This document shows, one piece after another, positions 18,812-26,545 of a stretch of 44,003 bases of DNA. Source of the stretch: an uncultured Methanosarcinales archaeon (GTDB lineage: Archaea; Nanobdellota; Nanobdellia; Woesearchaeales; DATDXC01); contig CAZDZV010000003.1 of assembly GCA_964510025.1 (NCBI GenBank), positions 124,001 to 168,003 of the forward strand. The letters run 5' to 3'. The position numbers and the translations under genes are program-made. Numbering within the stretch: position 1 is the first letter of the stretch; each line of letters opens with the position of its first letter. The notes beneath the pieces were generated by a model. It had not been told where the DNA came from. It saw only the letters and a list, made by a program, of their open reading frames with translations, and did not search any database.

Positions 18812-19107
18812 TTTTTTGAAATTTCTTTCTGGATAAGCAACATGTAGATAAATATGGTTATTATTACAAACTCAAACACTGAAGTGAAAATCCTTGGAGT
18901 ATTTGTGACGCCCAGGCTGTTCAGTATCGTAAGTATCTCCTCAACTATATAGATACAGACAGCAGCGAACAGTATCCTCCATGGCTTAAGCATCAGCTTT
19001 TTATGTCTGGTGCTGAGCAACCTGATAAAGAAATGCATTATGATAATGACAAGGATAAGATTATAGTAAGGTGCAACCAGACCTAAGCAGATATCCAGAT
19101 ATGCCAT
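18808..19107 (-). CDS. Small 3-TM membrane protein (paralog 2)
   Basis: Three hydrophobic segments; shares LKPWRIL...EEIL..L with the adjacent ORF. Confidence 0.7.
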   Translation of the reverse strand: MAYLDICLGLVAPYYNLILVIIIMHFFIRLLSTRHKKLMLKPWRILFAAVCIYIVEEILTILNSLGVTNTPRIFTSVFEFVIITIFIYMLLIQKEISKK

Positions 19108-19109
19108 TT

Positions 19110-19406
19110 TTACCTTTTTCTAACTATGTTTATTTGAAATATTATTGCTGTCAGCAGCAAAGCCAGCATAGCAGTGGGAATGATATGAGTCAAGTACGGG
19201 CTTTCAAAAATCCCAAATGCCCTCAGGGCTCCCAATATTTCCTGCACTGAAAACAAAACCAAAGCCAATATCAGATATTTCCATGGCCTAAGCTCCTTTT
19301 TCCTATGGCTTACCCGGAATAGGCTTATAGCTATATATCCTGCTATTATTGCCAGAACAACATTCGCTATCTTGATAATCCCTTCCAGCTGCTGCAAAAA
19401 TGTCAC
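19110..19406 (-). CDS. Small 3-TM membrane protein (paralog 1)
   Basis: Three hydrophobic segments; LRPWKYL...QEILGAL; GTG start. Confidence 0.7.
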   Translation of the reverse strand: MTFLQQLEGIIKIANVVLAIIAGYIAISLFRVSHRKKELRPWKYLILALVLFSVQEILGALRAFGIFESPYLTHIIPTAMLALLLTAIIFQINIVRKR

Positions 19407-19493
19407 CTTTAACAGTACTGAAATCTCTAATATAAAAATCTTTTTATTTTAGGAAAAATCTTTAATAATAAGCTATATTACATAAACAAAAAA

Positions 19494-20456
19494 ATGCCAA
19501 CTAATGTTACTGCTGAATATACAGCAGCTGAGCAGGAATACCAAAGGGCTTCCGGTACTGCAGAAAAAATCACTGCTCTCGAAAAGATGCACCGGGAAGT
19601 ACCTAAGCATAAGGGGACTGAAAAGCTTAGACAGGAGATCAAGACCAAGCTGGCTAAATACCGGCAGAAGCAGGAAAAAGAAAAAACCAAAGCGAAGGGC
19701 AGAGCGCTGACAATCCCAAAAGAAGGGGCAGCAACTGTATGCCTCGTCGGAATGCCCAATTCTGGGAAATCATCAATCCTTAAGAAACTTAGCGGCGCAA
19801 AGGCAAAGATTGCTGATTATGAATATACCACCAAAATGCCTATAGTCGGAATAATGGACTACCAGGGCCTAAAGCTGCAAATGATCGAGATACCCGCTAT
19901 TTTTGAAGGCTATAATGAAAGCGAGCGAGGCCCCCAATTTCTCTCTATTGTCAGGCAGGCTGATTTGGTGCTGATAATAGCCGACAGAGCAAACCTGGAC
20001 ACCCTGTTTAGCGAATTTAAGAAAGCAAAGATAGTCTTCAACGAGAGGCAACAATATACCGAGACCCTCAAATCCTTTATCGTCATCAACAAGAAGGACA
20101 TAATAGACATAGATAAGGTCCATCAGGGATTATGCAGGTATTATAATCTTGACTTATTCCGGATGTCTGTTCTCGACAACCAAGATATAAATGAACTAAA
20201 GAAGGAGATATGGGACCATCTGGATCTTATCAAGATACGGACCAAGCAGCCCGGGAAGAAAGTCAGCAAAGGTGAGCCTCTGTGCCTAAAAAAAGGGGCA
20301 ACTATCAAAGACATGGCAAAGCATCTTCACAAGGATTTCATCAAAAGGTACAGGTTTGCCAGAATATGGGGCAAATCTGCAAAATTTGATGGTCAGCAGG
20401 TTGGCTTAAACCACCAGCTGATGGATGAAGATATCGTAGAAATACATCTTAGATAG
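19494..20456 (+). CDS. OBG/DRG-family GTPase with C-terminal TGS domain
   Basis: PKHKGTEKL, GMPNSGKSS (G1), YEYTT (G2), NKKD (G4), ARIWGKSAKFDGQQVGLNHQLMDEDIVEI. Confidence 0.9.
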   Translation: MPTNVTAEYTAAEQEYQRASGTAEKITALEKMHREVPKHKGTEKLRQEIKTKLAKYRQKQEKEKTKAKGRALTIPKEGAATVCLVGMPNSGKSSILKKLSGAKAKIADYEYTTKMPIVGIMDYQGLKLQMIEIPAIFEGYNESERGPQFLSIVRQADLVLIIADRANLDTLFSEFKKAKIVFNERQQYTETLKSFIVINKKDIIDIDKVHQGLCRYYNLDLFRMSVLDNQDINELKKEIWDHLDLIKIRTKQPGKKVSKGEPLCLKKGATIKDMAKHLHKDFIKRYRFARIWGKSAKFDGQQVGLNHQLMDEDIVEIHLR

Positions 20457-20485
20457 CTGTCTCTAATTTTTTTCTAGAAGTTATG

Positions 20486-20546
20486 ATACTTACATAATAT
20501 TCATATTTATAGAAATATTTATATATCATTATACTTACATAGTATT
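20486..20546 (+). promoter_or_regulatory. Promoter flanked by two copies of a 16-bp operator-like repeat
   Basis: ATACTTACATA(A/G)TATT at 20486 and 20531 flanking GAAATATTTATATAT (20512-20526); the second copy contains the inverted repeat ATACT-N5-AGTAT. Confidence 0.55.
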
Positions 20547-20552
20547 TATTCC

Positions 20553-21050
20553 ATGGAAATAAGGGAAGAAATACTGGCAGATATTGAAAAAAGCATAGTT
20601 GAGCTAGAGAAAAAACACAACCTAAGCTTTGATGAGATTCTGAACATCCTTAAGAAAAGGAACACAGACCAGAGCTCAAGGACCTTGCCTGTCTCTATCT
20701 TCAATAACGATTGTCTTTCTGCCCTTGAGGCAATATCCAAATATCTTAAGGAGAATCTAGGTTTAAACTATAAGGAGATAGCCACGCTTCTGAACAGGAA
20801 TTATCACCCAATCGCTATAACTTACAGAAAGGCCAGAAAAAAAATGCCCAGGAGACTTGATGTCTCGTCTGCCAATAGAATCCCCATAAACATCTTTCGC
20901 AACAAGAAATTCAGCATTCTGGAAAATCTTACCGCATTTCTGAAAGAAAAGATGATGCTAAACTATCATGAGATAGCAATATTGCTGAACAGAGATGACA
21001 GAACAATATGGACTGTCTATCAAAGAAAAAAGAGAAAATGGAGAAGATGA
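20553..21050 (+). CDS. Tandem helix-turn-helix (sigma70 region 4-like) regulator
   Basis: Two internal repeats: LKENLGLNYKEIATLLNRNYHPIAITY and LKEKMMLNYHEIAILLNRDDRTIWTVY. Confidence 0.75.
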   Translation: MEIREEILADIEKSIVELEKKHNLSFDEILNILKKRNTDQSSRTLPVSIFNNDCLSALEAISKYLKENLGLNYKEIATLLNRNYHPIAITYRKARKKMPRRLDVSSANRIPINIFRNKKFSILENLTAFLKEKMMLNYHEIAILLNRDDRTIWTVYQRKKRKWRR

Positions 21051-21760
21051 GCACACCGGTAAAAAGGTTAGCGTTGATTTTGGCAGTAATAGCGCTGTCT
21101 GTGGTTGTAAGTAGCTATACTCCAAATGCTCCGGACAATATAACTGTAGTCAGAAATGATAGTGCTGCTATCACCACAGGATATGTGCTCAACACTTCAG
21201 GCGGCACCATAAGCGAAATCAATATAACAGCAACAACGCAAAACCAGAGATGGAAAGGTTATGTCGGAAATGTGAGCGGAGAACTCGCCTTGCTGGATTC
21301 TAGCTCAAACTCCCTGTTTACATGGTCACTAGAGACCATAACCGGGGAGCTTTATGCCACAAGAAATTCATCGACTCTTAACTGGGCAGATGTTGCATGT
21401 GCGGATGCAGGCATCATAACAGAGGAAGAAAGCGCCCTCAGCATTACAGCTGCAAATGAAGACAGCATTAGCAACACATTTGCCGGGTCTACTCATGAAT
21501 CTTTCTATGCAGGGTCCAAACAAATCAACCAGGACCAATGCCCAGCAATAGCCCTTAACGTAAACAACAGCGGCCAGAGCACATATTTCCAAGAGGTGCT
21601 GCTCACTGACAACAGCAATCTGATCTATGTTTCATTGCTGGAGAACGCCACCTATGGATTCAACAACCAAACGTATGATTTCCAGATGATAGTTGCGGAG
21701 AACGCGCAGCAAGGCGAGGTGCCTAATACGGCATATTACTTTTATATCGAGCTGATATGA
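21047..21760 (+). CDS. Secreted beta-rich surface protein, paralog A1
   Basis: Signal peptide; WKGYVGNVSG, GELYAT, DFQMIV, C-terminal YYFYIELI; ATGA overlap with the upstream stop. Confidence 0.85.
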   Translation: MSTPVKRLALILAVIALSVVVSSYTPNAPDNITVVRNDSAAITTGYVLNTSGGTISEINITATTQNQRWKGYVGNVSGELALLDSSSNSLFTWSLETITGELYATRNSSTLNWADVACADAGIITEEESALSITAANEDSISNTFAGSTHESFYAGSKQINQDQCPAIALNVNNSGQSTYFQEVLLTDNSNLIYVSLLENATYGFNNQTYDFQMIVAENAQQGEVPNTAYYFYIELI

Positions 21761-22536
21761 GATTAACAAACAAAAAAAGGGAAGCAGGAATTTTCCTATG
21801 TAGCCTGCTCCTGTTATTGGTAGTAACTGCTGCAGCAGCTGAGACGCTGCCAGAAGGGCCCACTAATATAACAGTCATAAATTCAACCAGAAGATCTGCA
21901 GCAGCAGCTGCTTCTGTATCGGCCTCTGCCGGCAATGTAACACAGATCAATCTAGATGGGACCACGGTGACTCAAACCTGGCAGGGCTATTATGGTAACA
22001 TAACAGGAACCATCACCCTTGATGACTCCACCAACAATACGCTGTATGACTGGAATCTGGCTAATCCAAAAGGGGAGATATATGCCTCAACCTCAAGCAG
22101 CATCGATTTTAGCCAGGATAATATCATATGCTACAACTTTTCATCAGACGTGCCTGCGGCTTACACCTCATTAAGCGAGTTTGAAACCAGTCTCGGTCTT
22201 GATTCAGCTGATGTTGACGGGGTGAACGAGACTTTCTTAGAATACCAAAACCATTCATCCTTTTACACAGGAACAAACTTCGTCAACGGATCAATGGGAG
22301 CAAACTGCCCGAATGTAAGGCTGTACAATTCAACCGAAGAATCTACTGAAGGACTCTTCGAGGAAATCCTGCTTTATGATTTAGCTAACCATGAGGTTTT
22401 GTATACATCAATAATCGAGGATGACGAGATAGGATTTACCAACTATTCTATGGACTTCCAGATGATAGTGGGAGAGGACGGCCATAGCGGGGACAATAAT
22501 CCAACCACCTACTATTTCTATATAGAGCTGGAATAA
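21757..22536 (+). CDS. Secreted beta-rich surface protein, paralog B1
   Basis: Signal peptide; WQGYYGNITG, GEIYAS, DFQMIV, C-terminal YYFYIELE. Confidence 0.85.
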   Translation: MRLTNKKREAGIFLCSLLLLLVVTAAAAETLPEGPTNITVINSTRRSAAAAASVSASAGNVTQINLDGTTVTQTWQGYYGNITGTITLDDSTNNTLYDWNLANPKGEIYASTSSSIDFSQDNIICYNFSSDVPAAYTSLSEFETSLGLDSADVDGVNETFLEYQNHSSFYTGTNFVNGSMGANCPNVRLYNSTEESTEGLFEEILLYDLANHEVLYTSIIEDDEIGFTNYSMDFQMIVGEDGHSGDNNPTTYYFYIELE

Positions 22537-22600
22537 GCAAACATTTATATATATGTAATACATATTTTACAAAAATTACTAGTATTATATGTAATACAAA

Positions 22601-22750
22601 ATGCGCATACAATCAGTAAGAAATCTGAATAAGGAAACCTGGAACAAGTTTGTGGCCTACTGCAAGCTGAAGGGAGTTAATGTGGGCGCTGAACTAGGTG
22701 AAATACTTGAAAGAGAAATGAAAAAGAAATTCAAAGAACTGCTAAGGTGA
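22601..22750 (+). CDS. Small ribbon-helix-helix-like protein (49 aa, not in ORF track)
   Basis: MRIQSVRNLNKETWNKFVAYCKLKGVNVGAELGEILEREMKKKFKELLR; own TATA (22544-22551); its TGA overlaps the GTG of the next gene. Confidence 0.7.
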   Translation: MRIQSVRNLNKETWNKFVAYCKLKGVNVGAELGEILEREMKKKFKELLR

Positions 22751-23682
22751 TACAAATGGATAATGAGCTGAAAGACGAAGCGAATTTTTTTAACGATCAG
22801 ATTGAAGACAGGCTCGGGCACGGCCATATTCCCGACATCAGAAACTGCGGCAGATGCGAATATTTCTATAATAATGTATGGAGGGATAAGGAGTTTGCCA
22901 AGCTCTATTTTGGAGAGGTTGTGGAAAGGGCAGTGAATTCTATCAGCACCCACCTAAAGAAAAATCCCAGGATCCTTGAGGTCGGATGCGGACCAGGACA
23001 TGTCTCCCTTGAGCTTGCCAGGCATAAATTCGAGGTAAAAGGGATTGACCTGTCAGACAGCTGCATCAAAGCAGCCAAAAGAACAGGGAAGGACCTGAAG
23101 AACCTTAGCTACGAGGTGAAGGACTTTTTCAAAGAAAGAGGGAAGTATGATGTGATAATCTTTGTTGCTTCCCTACATCACTTTGACGCAAAGAGAGCCG
23201 CTGTCCAGATAAAAAGGCTGCTCACTCCGGGCGGCCTTGTAGTAGCAGATGAACCTTGCAGGGACCTGGTGAGTGCCAGAAATATCTGCCTAATATTCCT
23301 TATTAAAGGATTGCTGTCTGCCTCGGATTCCTATTTCCAGGAGATTGAGCTGCCTCAGAAGAAAGAAGAGGCGATCAAGAGGATATCAGATATGCTGAAC
23401 GAAGAGAGATATATCAAGCAGGACGGCAGCAAAATGCAGTCAATAATGGATAATTCGTCAGGATTTTTTGATCTTTATCCAACACTATCCTCAGAGTTCG
23501 AGCAGCTTGAATACAAAAAGGATTATGCATTTTTTCATCAGATGATAGGTGGCTCCAGGCTCAAGACTCCAGAAAAAGAGCACAAACTAGCGAGGTTCCT
23601 TAAGATTATGGATTCGCTGCTGTGCAGCTTTGGGGCCATAGATGCCACAAACTTTTATTATGTCGGGAGGAAGAGGTGCTAA
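22747..23682 (+). CDS. Class I SAM-dependent methyltransferase
   Basis: RILEVGCGPG, GIDLS, YDVIIFVASLHHF, LTPGGLVVADEP; N-terminal CGRC. Confidence 0.85.
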   Translation: MIQMDNELKDEANFFNDQIEDRLGHGHIPDIRNCGRCEYFYNNVWRDKEFAKLYFGEVVERAVNSISTHLKKNPRILEVGCGPGHVSLELARHKFEVKGIDLSDSCIKAAKRTGKDLKNLSYEVKDFFKERGKYDVIIFVASLHHFDAKRAAVQIKRLLTPGGLVVADEPCRDLVSARNICLIFLIKGLLSASDSYFQEIELPQKKEEAIKRISDMLNEERYIKQDGSKMQSIMDNSSGFFDLYPTLSSEFEQLEYKKDYAFFHQMIGGSRLKTPEKEHKLARFLKIMDSLLCSFGAIDATNFYYVGRKRC

Positions 23683-24533
23683 CCAGCAAGTCATTCAGGA
23701 TTGTTCCCTTATTGGTAGCTTTATTTGTCTATCTGGGGATATCCTATGCTGTTGATCCATCTGCCCCCACAAACATAGAGGTTGTACAAAATATGACGTC
23801 ATCGCAGCTAAATGGAACCCAGCAAAACGGGACACGAGGATACATCTATGAAATGAACATAACTGAGTCACAGCCGACGATAAAATGGGTCGGCTATGTC
23901 GGCCATGTCTATGGTGAATTCGCGTTGCAGGATGCAAACGGGTATGCATTATATGATTGGGAGCTAGTAACAACAACAGGCGAGCTATATGCTACTAAGG
24001 AAACATATGACGCCGCAGGACCGAATGAACTGAACAATCCCTATGCAGGCGGCATCCCACGATGGGTGAACCTAAGCTGCGCAAACAGCACCATGATATC
24101 AGAAGAGAATACCAATTTCAACCATACTGCTTCCGATGAGGATTCTCTTTACAACACCTTTACCACAGACGGTTTTGAGAATCCCGGGTTTTTCGTCGGG
24201 GACAATCCTATCCAAGACAATGATTCCATATCATATCCTGCAGAGACCGAATGCTACGGAACATACCTTAACTATAACAACACAGAGTCAGACCCGCCGC
24301 ATGCAGACGGAAACTGGACCCAAGTAGTGCTGACAGACGGAACGTTCCAGGCAGCAGGAGAGGGCGGAGATGCCGGAGAGAAAGATTATGATATAATCTA
24401 TGCCAGCTTGATGAGAAATGAAAGTTGGGGATTTGATTATAACACCTATGATTTTCAGATGATCCTGCCCCAATCAGGGCTGGAAGGGAGCCAGTTGCCG
24501 GTGGCATTTTACTTTTATGTGGAGTTGGTATAA
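23676..24533 (+). CDS. Secreted beta-rich surface protein, paralog A2
   Basis: GTG start after SD GGGAGG; signal peptide; WVGYVGHVYG, GELYAT, DFQMIL, C-terminal FYFYVELV. Confidence 0.85.
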   Translation: MLTSKSFRIVPLLVALFVYLGISYAVDPSAPTNIEVVQNMTSSQLNGTQQNGTRGYIYEMNITESQPTIKWVGYVGHVYGEFALQDANGYALYDWELVTTTGELYATKETYDAAGPNELNNPYAGGIPRWVNLSCANSTMISEENTNFNHTASDEDSLYNTFTTDGFENPGFFVGDNPIQDNDSISYPAETECYGTYLNYNNTESDPPHADGNWTQVVLTDGTFQAAGEGGDAGEKDYDIIYASLMRNESWGFDYNTYDFQMILPQSGLEGSQLPVAFYFYVELV

Positions 24534-25403
24534 ATGAAAAAAAAGACCTTAATGTGGATATTCTGGATATTTGTTGCATCTGTTATGGCAGCTGCTGCAC
24601 CAGATGGCGGGGTAACCATAATACAAAATGCCAGTACCAGGGCTGCTGTCAGTCCACCATCTATCAGCGCAGCTTCGGGCAATATATCGTCACTTATACT
24701 CGATGGTGAGTCTGTCACCCAGTCATGGCAGGGCTATGTCGGAAACGTGACAGGCACTATTACCCTGGATGACCAGTGGAACTATACACTATATGACTGG
24801 ACGCTGGCAGACCCATCTGGTGAGGTTTATGCTACATATCTGTCCACAGTGGACTGGACAAAGGGCTATATCTCGTGCTGGAACTGGAGCAATACAACAG
24901 CCGGCTATCTGCAGCTATCTGAACTTGAAGAGTATCCCGGGGCGGGAGCGCCGAATGACTTTTCGGGAATGTATGCAGATTCAGATGATGTAGACGGCAT
25001 GAACGAGACATTCAACTATACTTATTTCAAAGGGCCAGGAATGAGAGAGCATACATCTTTTTATGTCGGTGAACAGCTTATCAATGGAACATTGGAGGCA
25101 GGAAGTTTCGCGCGAGGACCCGATGGGGGCGGAGGGCCATGTCCGAATGTCAGGATATACAACGGAACGCATCATGGCGGAGTGCAGTCTCCAGATGATG
25201 AGCTTCCATCTTTTGAAGAGGTTCTGCTGTACCAATGGAAGAATGAAGGAAACGGAGATGGTGTCATCTTTACGTCAATACTTCAGTCAGATGCAAACGG
25301 CTATAACAACCAATCATGGGATTTCCAGATGCTGGTGCCGGAGAACGGCCACAATGGAAATACAACCTCAACAACATATTATTTTTACGTAGAGCTGGAA
25401 TAA
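24534..25403 (+). CDS. Secreted beta-rich surface protein, paralog B2
   Basis: Signal peptide; WQGYVGNVTG, GEVYAT, DFQMLV, C-terminal YYFYVELE. Confidence 0.85.
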   Translation: MKKKTLMWIFWIFVASVMAAAAPDGGVTIIQNASTRAAVSPPSISAASGNISSLILDGESVTQSWQGYVGNVTGTITLDDQWNYTLYDWTLADPSGEVYATYLSTVDWTKGYISCWNWSNTTAGYLQLSELEEYPGAGAPNDFSGMYADSDDVDGMNETFNYTYFKGPGMREHTSFYVGEQLINGTLEAGSFARGPDGGGGPCPNVRIYNGTHHGGVQSPDDELPSFEEVLLYQWKNEGNGDGVIFTSILQSDANGYNNQSWDFQMLVPENGHNGNTTSTTYYFYVELE

Positions 25404-25404
25404 T

Positions 25405-25818
25405 TCATTTTTTCAGGTTGAGGCTTCTGGGAGGCTTCTTTAGCTCCTGTAGCCACATCAACCCGATTTTCTGCAGTTCCTTGTTGAATCTGTCAGAAAG
25501 CTGATATGTCTTCTTGTAAAGATCATAGTAGATTATGCCCATGCTCTTCATAGGGGTAAGTATCCTATCATAGAACTGTCTTTTGTTGTATGATAGCTTC
25601 ACCTTTTTCCCCTTGTATTCTGGCTCGTTTATCTCTGTGACCATCTTTCCATCATGTAGCTGTGTAGCGATGAAAGACATTTCTGTTTTGGTGAGCTCTC
25701 CATCCTTCTCTTTCATTAATCTAATAAGAAGTTCGCCAACAATCTTCTGCTGCTTTGTAGCAAATATAATCTCGAAAATATTATCTGGCAAATTAAATAT
25801 GTCAAACAAGATGACCAC
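25405..25818 (-). CDS. Hypothetical protein, probable winged helix
   Basis: GTG start with SD GGGGTG; FYDRILTPMKSMGIIYYDLYKKTYQLS resembles a recognition helix plus wing. Confidence 0.65.
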   Translation of the reverse strand: MVILFDIFNLPDNIFEIIFATKQQKIVGELLIRLMKEKDGELTKTEMSFIATQLHDGKMVTEINEPEYKGKKVKLSYNKRQFYDRILTPMKSMGIIYYDLYKKTYQLSDRFNKELQKIGLMWLQELKKPPRSLNLKK

Positions 25819-25952
25819 TTTTACACCCCCAGCTATAAGGGATAATTAAACTTGTATATAAATATTGCTTTTCATATATTGGTTTCATAACTACTAATCT
25901 GAGATATGCCTTTTCTCTTATGAATTTAGTGAGAATTAATAATATAAATATC

Positions 25953-26044
25953 ATACATATGTCATACATATGTAATACAAATTAGATTAAAAATAAATTT
26001 CAGTTACAATTATAATACATATGTCATACATATGTAATACAAAT
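25953..26044. repeat. Two perfect 30-bp direct repeats built from an 11-bp periodic palindromic unit
   Basis: ATACATATGTCATACATATGTAATACAAAT at 25953-25982 and 26015-26044. Confidence 0.9.
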
Positions 26045-26130
26045 CATAATGTTTTGCTTTTGTGGGCTAACGAAATATTTATATATGAGTTATTTATAAT
26101 ACGCTAGTAATACAAATAACATACATAAAA

Positions 26131-26283
26131 ATGTCAAAGAATATCCAAATTCTGAACGTAAGGTTGCCTAAGGAAATCGTCTCCTGGATCGATTCACTGG
26201 TCAAAGCCAACATATACAACAGCAGATCAGAGGTTGTCAGAGATATGATAAGAGGGTATGTGAGGTCAAGCAGAAATGGGTAA
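26131..26283 (+). CDS. Ribbon-helix-helix (CopG/Arc/MetJ) protein (50 aa, not in ORF track)
   Basis: MSKNIQILNVRLPKEIVSWIDSLVKANIYNSRSEVVRDMIRGYVRSSRNG; typical VRLP...ID.LV...Y.SRSE..R..IR pattern. Confidence 0.85.
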   Translation: MSKNIQILNVRLPKEIVSWIDSLVKANIYNSRSEVVRDMIRGYVRSSRNG

Positions 26284-26545
26284 AAATGTTATGATATCTG
26301 TCCGTATACCCACATCTTTAGTTGAAGAGCTTAAGGAATCTGTGAAAAAGGATCATTTTCTTGACCTAAGCGAAGCAGTCAGAAGCATAATCCGCGATAA
26401 GTATACTGAAGGAAAAGACCCTCAGGCTCATGAATTAAGAAGATTACGCAAAGAGATAGCCAGCAACATAGACAAAAAGAACCAGGCAGAGCTTATAGTG
26501 GAATTAAAAAAAATCCGGGACAGCATATTGAAAAATGGCCAATAG
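26276..26545 (+). CDS. Ribbon-helix-helix protein with C-terminal coiled coil
   Basis: MISVRIPTSLVEELKESVKKDHFLDLSEAVRSIIR. Confidence 0.8.
   Translation: MGKNVMISVRIPTSLVEELKESVKKDHFLDLSEAVRSIIRDKYTEGKDPQAHELRRLRKEIASNIDKKNQAELIVELKKIRDSILKNGQ

Noticed and set aside
25953..26044. 30-bp direct repeats separated by 32 nt, resembling a minimal CRISPR repeat-spacer-repeat
   Set aside because: Only two copies, internally periodic and very AT-rich, no cas genes nearby, and the same word recurs at another RHH promoter; an operator fits better.
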